DNA of 64,000 bases from a virus, in IMG/VR virus record IMGVR_UViG_3300009506_000012, positions 18,164 to 82,163 of that record. One strand, 5' to 3'. The first letter of the stretch is position 1; each line of letters starts with the position of its first letter. A program made the translations under genes and the position numbers. The notes under the pieces were generated by a model. That model was not told the DNA's origin. It did not search any database and was given only the letters and a program-made list of their open reading frames with translations. Shown piece after piece: positions 9,044 through 18,107 of the stretch.

Positions 9044-9140
9044 TAGATATCTCCTTTCTATGTCCTAATAGAGTATGAGTGTGCGAATGCACACCTTTAT
9101 GCTCATCATCTCTAATGATGATGAGCATCAGAGGTGTTCA

Positions 9141-9326
9141 CTAGCGGGCGCGAACAATCGAAGCGAACACGTTCGAGATACGGACAGCCGCAAGCATCTT
9201 TTCAGATCGTTGCGGATCGTTGACAGGCATCTCGTATGCCTTGCCTTCCCAATCCAGGCGCAAGCGATGAAGCTCACGCTGTGCCGGGCTCAGGGGAGGG
9301 ATGTGGGACTTACGGGTCTTATTCAT
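9141..9326 (-). CDS. hypothetical protein (61 aa)
   Basis: MNKTRKSH... from the ATG at 9326, preceded by GGAGGAG; inside track ORF 9141..9392. Confidence 0.6.
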   Translation of the reverse strand: MNKTRKSHIPPLSPAQRELHRLRLDWEGKAYEMPVNDPQRSEKMLAAVRISNVFASIVRAR

Positions 9327-9449
9327 GGGGTTACTCCTCCGCCCCCGCCCTATAGGACGGGAGCATAATAAGAATGAATGGGGTAGGTTCACTTATGGAT
9401 ACTCCTACCCCCTTACTATGCCCCGTCAAAAAGTATGGCAACTAAAAAT

Positions 9450-9459
9450 GTGATATACT
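9450..9459 (+). promoter_or_regulatory. extended -10 promoter at the start of the rightward arm
   Basis: TG-A-TATACT about 25 bp before the ATG at 9485. Confidence 0.45.
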
Positions 9460-9484
9460 ACCAATCGGAAGGTGACTACAAAAA

Positions 9485-9817
9485 ATGAGAAAAGCAAAGA
9501 CTTTAGATCTACCAGTAATTGAGAAATGGGTATATGCTTATTTCTATGATGGAGAGATACCTGGAACGTGTGAGGAGGCTGAGTCTGGATATCTTTTGGG
9601 TGCAAGCACCACGAAGGTAAGGCTTGCGGTTACTCCACTTGAGGGGAATTCGAATTTGTTGCATTTCCAAATACTGGGAGTGAGGCAGGGCATTCCTACG
9701 TATTGCCGGCTGAAAGATGAAACAGGGACAACGATTGCACAGGTGACTGAGATCGAAGTTTTCAGAATAGAACCAGGGATATTGAAACCATATGAGATAA
9801 ATTTCAGAGTGGAATGA
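9485..9817 (+). CDS. hypothetical protein
   Basis: First ORF of the rightward arm, 110 aa. Confidence 0.65.
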   Translation: MRKAKTLDLPVIEKWVYAYFYDGEIPGTCEEAESGYLLGASTTKVRLAVTPLEGNSNLLHFQILGVRQGIPTYCRLKDETGTTIAQVTEIEVFRIEPGILKPYEINFRVE

Positions 9818-9828
9818 GGAGGCTGTAT

Positions 9829-9954
9829 ATGAGATTTCAGGATATTTGGGTGGTAGTGGTACGCGAGGGAAAAGAACTTTTTTGGGCGCTGGTGCGGGCT
9901 CTTGTGGCGCTGGCGATTGGGATTGCGATCTTGATTGTGTTTGGAATGTTCTGA
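9829..9954 (+). CDS. small membrane protein (41 aa)
   Basis: Not in the track. MRFQDIWVVVVREGKELFWALVRALVALAIGIAILIVFGMF with GAGGAGG RBS. Confidence 0.6.
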   Translation: MRFQDIWVVVVREGKELFWALVRALVALAIGIAILIVFGMF

Positions 9955-9955
9955 G

Positions 9956-10120
9956 ATGAGAATCAAGATCAAGAGAAAGAATGCGTTTACTGCTCTTACG
10001 ATTTACAGTTTTGTGATTTTTCCTTTGGTTGCTCTTTTTTTCAGGCTCAATCCGTATGTAGTATCAGCCGGGTTTCTTTTTCAAGTAATTTTGGGGTTCT
10101 TGTATCTTGCATCGGAATAG
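9956..10120 (+). CDS. small 2-TM membrane protein
   Basis: MRIKIKRK followed by two hydrophobic helices. Confidence 0.55.
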   Translation: MRIKIKRKNAFTALTIYSFVIFPLVALFFRLNPYVVSAGFLFQVILGFLYLASE

Positions 10121-10129
10121 GGATTTGAG

Positions 10130-10336
10130 ATGAAATTGACTGCACCAAAACCCTGTCATCTGGATGACATCACTAGAGAACAGTGGATTGCATTCAAGTG
10201 GAAATCGGTCTACGTGCTTGCGGAAACAGCTCCGCTGATGTTCTGTATTGGGGAAGCTGATGCTGAAGGCGCCGAACAACGTGGCCGGGATTGGGATATG
10301 CTGATGGCTGCACGAAAGAAGATCGTGGATGGATAA
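10130..10336 (+). CDS. hypothetical protein
   Basis: 68-aa ORF in the operon. Confidence 0.5.
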   Translation: MKLTAPKPCHLDDITREQWIAFKWKSVYVLAETAPLMFCIGEADAEGAEQRGRDWDMLMAARKKIVDG

Positions 10337-10673
10337 AATATTTTCTATTCGCAAACATCCAATACGCAAGGTCATTCATGAAGGAAAAGTAATTCATGCC
10401 GACTATGGCCCGAGAGATGCCCGCACCTATGGGGAGGTTACGCTTACCGGAGTTACAGATGATGACCAGTTATCTTTTCCGTTGCAACTGGGAACGCATA
10501 TTGGGATGCCCCGTATCAAAAGATTTTTGCTAGAATATAATGACCAGACATTTACAGTCAGAGTCTTTTTTACGGTAGAAGCTCTTTACATAGACAAAAA
10601 AAAGAAAAAATATGAAACGATAGAAATCTATGAATGTATCGATTATGACCCATCAGATGAAATTCCATTTTGA
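10329..10673 (+). CDS. hypothetical protein
   Basis: 114 aa, acidic ...DEIPF C-terminus. Confidence 0.6.
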   Translation: MDKIFSIRKHPIRKVIHEGKVIHADYGPRDARTYGEVTLTGVTDDDQLSFPLQLGTHIGMPRIKRFLLEYNDQTFTVRVFFTVEALYIDKKKKKYETIEIYECIDYDPSDEIPF

Positions 10674-10687
10674 AAGGAAACAAAGTC

Positions 10688-10900
10688 ATGGCTAAAACAA
10701 AAATGAGAGCGCTAAGTTTGATCCCCATCCGGACCCAAATGGACACAAATCCCGAAAACGTCAGTGGCAACGTGCGGAAAGATGAAGAAGTTATGGTCAC
10801 CTCGACCCGCGAAAAAGACGATATTGTTTACGGGAGAATCGGGAAAGGCCTGTATGTGATTGTGGAACGTAATGGAGTATCCAACTTCGAACAGGTCTAA
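10688..10900 (+). CDS. SH3b-like small protein
   Basis: IPIRT....NVSGNVRKDEEVMV....YGRIG.GLYV resembles bacterial SH3; AAAGGA RBS before the ATG at 10688. Confidence 0.55.
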   Translation: MAKTKMRALSLIPIRTQMDTNPENVSGNVRKDEEVMVTSTREKDDIVYGRIGKGLYVIVERNGVSNFEQV

Positions 10901-11021
10901 AATCTGGTAAAATACCTGTGGCGCAGGTGGCCACACCTCCATTACAGACGATGATAGTTTTCACTCCTTTGGTAGCTAACCTTAGTAGCAAATCCTGGAA
11001 ATCCGATCCCACACCTGCGCC

Positions 11022-11050
11022 TTGACTTTTTTACTACATAGTAGTATATT
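11022..11050 (+). promoter_or_regulatory. sigma70-type promoter with internal palindrome TACTAC-ATA-GTAGTA
   Basis: TTGACT-17 bp-TATATT. Confidence 0.7.
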
Positions 11051-11057
11051 ATTTTCC

Positions 11058-11104
11058 AACACACGTTTGGGTGCCCCCCTCACCCCGGCGTGTGTTTTTT
11101 TTTT
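11058..11104 (+). terminator. intrinsic terminator immediately after the promoter
   Basis: AACACACG..GGGTG/CACCC..CGTGTGTT stem followed by a T10 run. Confidence 0.75.
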
Positions 11105-11185
11105 GTGTATAATAGCCCACAACACTACATAAACAGTAACCAGAAAAGAGATAACCCGTCATGACACTACAGGAGCGCAATATCA

Positions 11186-11428
11186 ATGGACGACAATGCC
11201 GAATACCAGAATATGGTTACTTACTGGAAAAGTGTAGGGCAACCTGAGTATATAGAATATGGAGGGGGCAGCTACCGGGTCTTTACTCCCAATGGAGAGG
11301 ATCAACCCACTTTTCAAGCTCAAGACTCAAACGCGATGTACGGCACAACTTCAACCTCGAAGATGGCCAAGGAGCCAACCAAACGGGTAGCTCCAAATCC
11401 CAATAAAGCATCCGATCTGGGGGACTGA
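11186..11428 (+). CDS. hypothetical protein
   Basis: 80 aa, AGGAG RBS. Confidence 0.65.
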   Translation: MDDNAEYQNMVTYWKSVGQPEYIEYGGGSYRVFTPNGEDQPTFQAQDSNAMYGTTSTSKMAKEPTKRVAPNPNKASDLGD

Positions 11429-11429
11429 C

Positions 11430-11759
11430 ATGGATAACCAGGATAATATTTATTCAACTTCTGATAAAACGGTTTGCTTTGCGCTGGATATGCTTTTTGA
11501 ATTAGTGGACACGGCCACTGATGAACGTGACAAGATGGTTTACAACTTCAGGAAAAACGACAAGCGTAGCGTTCCTGTTCTTGTAGATGACACTACCTGC
11601 AAATTCGAGGTATTGAGTGTCATGGATATCGTTACCATGATCCGCAACGGCCAGGCTAACAAGATCATGTTTTCTTTTGGGGATTACTGGACCTCTGAAG
11701 GCACGTGGCTGACAAACCTGCGCCATTTCCACAACGAAAGAGCGTATCACCGGAAATGA
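11430..11759 (+). CDS. hypothetical protein
   Basis: 109 aa, follows directly. Confidence 0.65.
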   Translation: MDNQDNIYSTSDKTVCFALDMLFELVDTATDERDKMVYNFRKNDKRSVPVLVDDTTCKFEVLSVMDIVTMIRNGQANKIMFSFGDYWTSEGTWLTNLRHFHNERAYHRK

Positions 11760-11882
11760 TGGTTTTGTATTTATGGTGGAACAATACGACTTTTTGGGCT
11801 GACCGTTCTTATTGGCGCAAAGCCTGGGAGGTCGTATACACACAAACAGCACCCGATCATATATGGACAAGGAGAAATTGAG

Positions 11883-12158
11883 ATGAGTGAAATGAATATA
11901 GCTTCTACAAAGATGAACGAAGTTCCATCAGCGCTTGAAAGGCTGGATACGGTAATCGAAGATCTTCTTTCACTTCCAGAAATATTCGAGGCTCAATTCG
12001 CACCTGTACTGAGTCCGGTCAAAGATTCCGAAACCGAGAAATCAGTGCCCGATGCTCGTTATGAAAGCGCACTGGCCAATGAGATCATGGAACGCGCCCG
12101 GAGAGTAAGGCTTGCAGGTGTTCGGCTTCACGCTATTCTTCAGCGTAATCAACTTTAG
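11883..12158 (+). CDS. hypothetical protein
   Basis: 91 aa, AAGGAG RBS, coupled to the terminase. Confidence 0.65.
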   Translation: MSEMNIASTKMNEVPSALERLDTVIEDLLSLPEIFEAQFAPVLSPVKDSETEKSVPDARYESALANEIMERARRVRLAGVRLHAILQRNQL

Positions 12159-13777
12159 TGTACACACTCAATAAATCACAGGTTGAGATAATCAAGAGAG
12201 GGCTAACCGATTCATCTCAACTTGATTTTTTTACTGGGTATTGGTTCGATAAGGGTGGGGGGCATGGCTTTCAGTTTGACCGTGGTTTCGTTCCTGAATA
12301 TGCCTGGCAAAAAAAACTCGTTTTTGCACAACAAAATCTGATATGCGGCGTCATGGGGATCGGTTCTGGGAAAACACTGGGGGTCGGGATGGCTGCATAT
12401 ACCTGGGCTATGTCTACAGAGGGTTTCAAATTCATGAACGGCGCAAACTGGGCATACCAGTCCCGCTTGATGAAGGACCTGATTGAGACTCAGATCATTG
12501 ATACCCCTGCGGAAAATCTGGTTGATAACAGTGTAGATACTCCCTATCCCAAGATCACCCTGGCTTACAAGATCGGAAAGATCACCTACAGGTCAACCAT
12601 GGAATTCATGTCCATGGATAAACAGGCCGCGAAGATATTTTCATGGCGTGGTGACTGGATCAACCTGGATGAAGCTGCCCTGATCGACCAGCTGGATGTG
12701 GCGTTGATGAACCTGTCCACCCGTCTGACCGGTAAGACTGCTCGAGGCCGTGAATACCTGGCGCGAATGTCCCTGATGACCAATCCCTGGGCAAATGAAT
12801 CAGCTACACATGTGTATTATTTCTATGACCTGGCTATTGATAATCCGGATGAATGCCTGTCTATCAGTGTGCCCACCTCAGCCAATACTAACATTACGGA
12901 ACGGCAGATCAAGAACACCTTACGCTTCATCCGTGACCCTGAAGAACAGGAACGTCTTTTGGATGGCCAGCGACCTGAAGGTAAAGGCCTGTTCTTCTCG
13001 AAACCGTCTGTAGGCCAGTGTGCCGATCCGTATATGTCAGAATACATTGAAACCAAGTTCAAGGCCGGTGTACCGGGTTTTCAGGTTGTTAAGGCTATGA
13101 GTTTTGGTGTGATCGAGTACCAGACCCCCAAAACCAGCGATTATTGTTTCCTGGTCGGGGATCCGGGCACCGGTAACTTTCCTGCAAGGAATGCACCCTG
13201 TATTGCGGTTATTGATGCCTCCGGACTTCCCCAGGAGCCGGCTTTCATCGTGGCGTTCTGGTGGGGAAGCGGAAACCGGCGCATTCAGCCGTTTATGAAC
13301 AAGTTCTATGACTATAAGGACAAGTACCGGCCTATCTTTGCTGGCGTGGACAGTACCGGACCCCAAGCCGGTATGGTACAGCTCATGAATTTGACGAAAG
13401 TGTGGTCGGGACAGGTAGAGAGCCTGGCAGACCAGCAATCGGTTTATGGGATGGACTTCAGTGTAGGCCGAAAGGACTCAATGCTTCTTGCGAACCGGAA
13501 CCTGCTTGAATTGGGGCTGATTCGTTGGGCAGACTTCGCAAAAGGCATTAAAATGCAATACTATAATTATGATCGCGCACTGGATCGCTCAGGTCAACCT
13601 AAGATTGCACAAGATATTGTGGCATGTCTCTCGATGGGGGCGTTCGCTATCCGCGCGTATTACAATATTGGTCCGGACGAGCAAGCTGAGCGTGAGCGAC
13701 AAGTTAGATCAAACCTCGACACGGCTTACCGAAATATCAGACGACCTGCGCAGGAGCGCAATTACAGATCAAGATGA
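12158..13777 (+). CDS. terL: terminase large subunit
   Basis: Walker A GIGSGKT, Walker B INLDEAA, MTNP motif, RNase H-like nuclease acidic motifs (VGDPG, GVDSTG, QDIVACL); upstream of the portal. Confidence 0.9.
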   Translation: MYTLNKSQVEIIKRGLTDSSQLDFFTGYWFDKGGGHGFQFDRGFVPEYAWQKKLVFAQQNLICGVMGIGSGKTLGVGMAAYTWAMSTEGFKFMNGANWAYQSRLMKDLIETQIIDTPAENLVDNSVDTPYPKITLAYKIGKITYRSTMEFMSMDKQAAKIFSWRGDWINLDEAALIDQLDVALMNLSTRLTGKTARGREYLARMSLMTNPWANESATHVYYFYDLAIDNPDECLSISVPTSANTNITERQIKNTLRFIRDPEEQERLLDGQRPEGKGLFFSKPSVGQCADPYMSEYIETKFKAGVPGFQVVKAMSFGVIEYQTPKTSDYCFLVGDPGTGNFPARNAPCIAVIDASGLPQEPAFIVAFWWGSGNRRIQPFMNKFYDYKDKYRPIFAGVDSTGPQAGMVQLMNLTKVWSGQVESLADQQSVYGMDFSVGRKDSMLLANRNLLELGLIRWADFAKGIKMQYYNYDRALDRSGQPKIAQDIVACLSMGAFAIRAYYNIGPDEQAERERQVRSNLDTAYRNIRRPAQERNYRSR

Positions 13778-13844
13778 GTTCCCTGAACAGTGGCCAACCA
13801 CAGACCGTGATTACAGGTTACGAAACAGAGATCAAAGGAGATAG

Positions 13845-14159
13845 ATGATGTCAGACGATAAACTGGATATGAATAACCTGCCTTTTGACGCCCATGAAGC
13901 TGCGGAGATGCTTAACAAACATTTCGAAGATATCTCAGAACCGGCACCCTTGATTCCTTCTGAAGCGCTGTACGGATTTGCGGCCTGGCTGACTGCTCTG
14001 AAGGAACCTGTCACGATGGGCGCAAGTCATCCTGCCGGCATTGTTGCCCAATTGGTAGACGAATTCTGCAAAGCGAATCAGCTTATGGATCCGCGTCCTG
14101 GTTTCGAAAAACGCTTCAAATATCCCATCACAAGGACGCTCCACGGCAAAAAGAAATAG
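13845..14159 (+). CDS. hypothetical protein
   Basis: 104 aa, AAGGAG RBS. Confidence 0.65.
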   Translation: MMSDDKLDMNNLPFDAHEAAEMLNKHFEDISEPAPLIPSEALYGFAAWLTALKEPVTMGASHPAGIVAQLVDEFCKANQLMDPRPGFEKRFKYPITRTLHGKKK

Positions 14160-14186
14160 ATGGTGCTGAATGCAATTCTTTCGTAA

Positions 14187-14215
14187 TTGACATTTAGAAT
14201 TAGACAACTTACAAT
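14187..14215 (+). promoter_or_regulatory. sigma70-type promoter for the head genes
   Basis: TTGACA-17 bp-TACAAT. Confidence 0.8.
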
Positions 14216-14281
14216 AAAAATAACATAAACCTCACATGAACACTAAAAGTCGCATTGTCGCTGCTATTCGTGTGAGGTTTT

Positions 14282-15910
14282 ATGGTTGTCCCAATCAATA
14301 CGCAGGTCGAGGAGATCATGGGGGAAGCCCAGCTTATCAAGTTCTCTTTGTCCGACATAAAAAGTTTCCCTCTGAACGAATTCCTTGAGCGCAGGATCAT
14401 CTATCAGAATCTTTTCTCATGGTACAACGGCGACAAGCTGAAGGAAACACAAATCCAGGGCGGGAAACAGGTAGAAAAATTCCCAATCAAACTAAATCCG
14501 ATCCGGGGTGCAGTTTACAAACATGCCTATGCCTTGTTTGGCGAATTCTCAATGGATTCAAGGCCACTGGCACCGGCTCAGCTGCGTCCGGACGATATGA
14601 GCAAAAAGGACCAGGCGCAACGCGGTCAGGATTTCCTGAATACCGTATGGGCAGAATCCCATGGTCGTTCTGTGCAAATGCGGAACGGTCTTATTTCACA
14701 GATCAACGGGGGATGTGTATTCAAAACAAGCTACGTCCCTAAAGCAAGATTCAGGACTTATCCATTCAGAGTAGAAGGCATACATGTCAGCAACTTTATT
14801 GGTGTGCCTATGTCCGGGGAAGAATTCAGGCTCGAGGAGGCCTGGATCGTTAAGGCGATCAGCCATGACGAAGCCAAGCGAAAATTCGGATTGAGTTTTG
14901 ACCCGGCAGAACCGGTCTATTATGTTGAATACTGGAATCCGGATGAATGTGATTTTTCAGTCAACGGTGTTCGCATTACTTCAGGTATCCGGGATACCCT
15001 TGGCAAAGAGATTCTTTATGGCGGGAAAAACCCTTGGGGGTTTGTGCCTATTACATATATTCCCAGAGTGCGCACAAATGGCTTTTATGGGGAATCTCTC
15101 ATTACAGACAACGTGCAGGGTATTGTAGAGGAACTCAACCGCAGAACCGCGGATTTCGGGGATGCAGTTTCCGATGATAGCCATACCTATTATGTACTTG
15201 TGGGTGCCAGCAAACGTCCGGATATCTATGAACTGGCTCCGGGGGTGCGTGTCATCCAGATCAAACCCGAACCCTCCTTTACAGGGAAAGAAGTACCACC
15301 GTCATTGGAAAGACTGGGGGCACAGAAAGCCAATGAGTCCATGGATAAGCTGATTGACCAGCTCTATAACAATTTCAGACGCGAAGCCTTTGTACCTGCC
15401 GTTGCAGATGGTGAGGATGAAGGTTCACAGCGTAGCGCCCTTACCCTGGCGATGCGCATGTGGCCTTTGCTTTCTCACACCTCCATGCAGCGTATCCTGT
15501 GGGGTGACGGGTTGTCTCAGGTTGACAATCAGCTCTTACGTATGGCTCAGATCAAGGGTTTTGGGGATATTCCACAAAGTGTGACCAGGATGCGTATCGA
15601 GCGCAAATGGGCTCCATTCCTGCCAAGGGACAGCGAGTCCTTTATCAATGAACTGGTCAATCGTGCTTCTGCAAATCTTGGGTCCACGGAACATTTGTTA
15701 TCGCTTATTGATGACATCGAGGATCCCGCAGAACAATACAAGATGATCATCGCGCAACTCAAAGAGATTGCCGATATCGATGCAAAAGCAACTGCCGAGG
15801 CTCAGGCTGCCGCCTATCAAGCTAGAGCAGACGCGACTGCGCAAAATCAAACATCAACACCACAAAAACAGACGAGCAAAACCACATCAAAAGCCAATAA
15901 TAAGGAGTAA
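14282..15910 (+). CDS. portal protein (SPP1-like)
   Basis: 542 aa after terL; WYNG, NPWGFVPITYIP, SALTL..RMWPL, WAPFLPRD motifs. Confidence 0.85.
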   Translation: MVVPINTQVEEIMGEAQLIKFSLSDIKSFPLNEFLERRIIYQNLFSWYNGDKLKETQIQGGKQVEKFPIKLNPIRGAVYKHAYALFGEFSMDSRPLAPAQLRPDDMSKKDQAQRGQDFLNTVWAESHGRSVQMRNGLISQINGGCVFKTSYVPKARFRTYPFRVEGIHVSNFIGVPMSGEEFRLEEAWIVKAISHDEAKRKFGLSFDPAEPVYYVEYWNPDECDFSVNGVRITSGIRDTLGKEILYGGKNPWGFVPITYIPRVRTNGFYGESLITDNVQGIVEELNRRTADFGDAVSDDSHTYYVLVGASKRPDIYELAPGVRVIQIKPEPSFTGKEVPPSLERLGAQKANESMDKLIDQLYNNFRREAFVPAVADGEDEGSQRSALTLAMRMWPLLSHTSMQRILWGDGLSQVDNQLLRMAQIKGFGDIPQSVTRMRIERKWAPFLPRDSESFINELVNRASANLGSTEHLLSLIDDIEDPAEQYKMIIAQLKEIADIDAKATAEAQAAAYQARADATAQNQTSTPQKQTSKTTSKANNKE

Positions 15911-15915
15911 GTATC

Positions 15916-16695
15916 ATGCCTTCATCCGATCCATCCGATCCTGTCACCCAGACGCCAACCAAGGAACCTGCTGTTACGGAACCAAAGACGGCTACCGGAA
16001 CCCAGACGGAACCGACCGCCGATTACAAAGGCAAAACCGCCGAGGGCTGGCATACCGCCTATGCCGCGTTGCAAAATAATTACAATAGTCTCAAAACAGA
16101 CACCGATCAAAAAATTGGTGATCTTACTGGCCAACTTGAGACTGTCAACACGGACTTGAAAACAGCCCGGAACCAGGCGTCCCAGTTTGAGCAAACCAAC
16201 ACCACATTACAGGAAACCATTCAAAATCTCAATAAAACCTTTGGCCTTGAAGATGGCGCTGACGCAAAGGCTCTTGTTACGAAAGCGGGTGAAATTGTCA
16301 CCCAGAGTGAAGCCGGATCAAAAGCCATATCGCAATTAGAACGTGCCAATCTGATCATCACAGAGTATCCGGAACTCGCAAGCTGGGAAGCAAAAGGATT
16401 GCTACCGACTGCCGAGGATACTGAAACGCTGAAAACCAAACTTAATGATTTCAAATCCAACCTGGGAATGAAGGTTGGAGAAGATGTCAAAAAGACGATT
16501 GAAGGCGCTTCTCCGGACACAGTAGTTACTGAACCCAAGACCCCTGATGACGCCAATCAGGAATCCGAAGATTATTTGTGGAATCGGCTTACCGAACTGG
16601 CGAACGAGACACCGTTCAACCGTGTTGAGTACAACAAGGTTCAGGCACGCTATGACGAACTTCTAGCGAACAAGGCGAAGGCAAAACAGCAATAA
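15916..16695 (+). CDS. head scaffolding protein
   Basis: Acidic Pro/Thr-rich N-terminus and coiled coil, between portal and capsid. Confidence 0.75.
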   Translation: MPSSDPSDPVTQTPTKEPAVTEPKTATGTQTEPTADYKGKTAEGWHTAYAALQNNYNSLKTDTDQKIGDLTGQLETVNTDLKTARNQASQFEQTNTTLQETIQNLNKTFGLEDGADAKALVTKAGEIVTQSEAGSKAISQLERANLIITEYPELASWEAKGLLPTAEDTETLKTKLNDFKSNLGMKVGEDVKKTIEGASPDTVVTEPKTPDDANQESEDYLWNRLTELANETPFNRVEYNKVQARYDELLANKAKAKQQ

Positions 16696-16707
16696 TAGGA
16701 GTTTACG

Positions 16708-18093
16708 ATGGCAGACCCCATCACTGATTATTATGCAGACAATCCGGTTGAGGTACTGGATAAGAACCAACGTACCTGGTACGACCCCGATGTGCTGCTA
16801 CTGTTCAAAAATAGGTCACTCTTTACCAATGTTGTGACCTATGCGCGAAATCTCGGTGACGTTCGCGCTACAAGCATGGTGGTAACCCAGATCCTGGAAC
16901 CACATGCCAATTACAACGCCCTCGCAACCCGGCAGCTGTGGCTCCCGGCGATGCACATTGACTCTCGTTCTATCGAGATCACCTTCAGTCACCACGGTGG
17001 CAAGGTGGCCATGCACGATTATGATGAGCTGGTGACTTACTGGCAGACCAATGGAAACCCAGGCCTGCGCGTCATCCTCAATCGTGTCCTCGGTCAGAAC
17101 ATTGTTGATGTCCATGACTTCCTGGCCCGTAACGCTTTGCTGTACGGCGCTTTGGCACAAACCGGTTATGTGTATTACGCCGGTTCTGCAACCAACTTTT
17201 CCGATCTTGTCTCAACCGATTCGATGACCCCTGATATCTGTATGGAAATCCAGCTGGGTATGAAGTACCGTGAAGTCGCCGGCGCTCTCAATCCGGATGG
17301 CTCTCCCGGCGCTGTGGTGTGCTACACCACGCCTGGTGTGATTTATGAATTCCAACAGGATCCAGACTGGGTTGAGGTTGCAAAATATGCGGATCCGGCT
17401 CGCTTGTTCCGCTATGAGGTTGGCACCTACAAGAATGTGCGTTTTGTTGAAAATACGCGCCTGACCCTGTTCAACTGCGGCACGATTGAATTCCAGGCCG
17501 CAATCAGCGCGGCTGCACATGCCGGTGATGGTGCGCCCAATCCTTCTACGACCAAGGTCGATGGTACCTATATGGTCGGTCAGACTACAGCTGGAATCGT
17601 GAACTACATTCAGCTTGATACGCCCATCACTGGAACGATCGCTGATAACCTGGCTGTCAATGACATTCTGACCATTCACACCTCTCGTACCAGCACTTTC
17701 AACGTAACCAATGGCGTGAACCCATTCGATGGCACCCTGCACAATCGCCGTCTGGTCGAGATTGATGAGGCCAATGGCCGGCTTATCTTCGATAAGCCGA
17801 TCATGATGGACTTCGCAACTGACCTGGGTGGTGGCGTTTATGGATACGTGACCAAAGGCTTCCATATCCACTCGAGCATCTTCATTGGTGCCCCGCAGGG
17901 TATTGTCGCTGGCCTGGCCGCGCCTATCCGTCTGCACACCCCGCCCCCCATCGATGACCTGGAAGCGATTTATCGTTTCTCATGGAATGATCGTATGGGC
18001 TATCAACCATATGCCCCAGAGGTGTATGAGGTTGTGTTTAGCGCTGGTTCTGTCCGGTTCAAGGGCAAGATGGGCGCTGCTGCTGGATCCTAA
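16708..18093 (+). CDS. major capsid protein (HK97 fold) with inserted beta domain
   Basis: DPDW..VAKYA....LFRYEVGTYKNVRFVEN and PPPIDDLE motifs; insertion at about aa 260-385; ends AAAGS. Confidence 0.88.
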   Translation: MADPITDYYADNPVEVLDKNQRTWYDPDVLLLFKNRSLFTNVVTYARNLGDVRATSMVVTQILEPHANYNALATRQLWLPAMHIDSRSIEITFSHHGGKVAMHDYDELVTYWQTNGNPGLRVILNRVLGQNIVDVHDFLARNALLYGALAQTGYVYYAGSATNFSDLVSTDSMTPDICMEIQLGMKYREVAGALNPDGSPGAVVCYTTPGVIYEFQQDPDWVEVAKYADPARLFRYEVGTYKNVRFVENTRLTLFNCGTIEFQAAISAAAHAGDGAPNPSTTKVDGTYMVGQTTAGIVNYIQLDTPITGTIADNLAVNDILTIHTSRTSTFNVTNGVNPFDGTLHNRRLVEIDEANGRLIFDKPIMMDFATDLGGGVYGYVTKGFHIHSSIFIGAPQGIVAGLAAPIRLHTPPPIDDLEAIYRFSWNDRMGYQPYAPEVYEVVFSAGSVRFKGKMGAAAGS

Positions 18094-18107
18094 TCCATCG
18101 AGGCTTT

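Noticed and set aside
10920-11021. 10-bp inverted repeat GGCGCAGGTG/CACCTGCGCC as a tRNA or ncRNA
   Set aside because: No cloverleaf, T-loop or recognisable family in the enclosed ~80 nt. It may be structured, but I cannot support a call.
16816-17937. Minus-strand ORFs inside the capsid gene, and similar ones across the structural arm
   Set aside because: Antisense shadows caused by codon bias.
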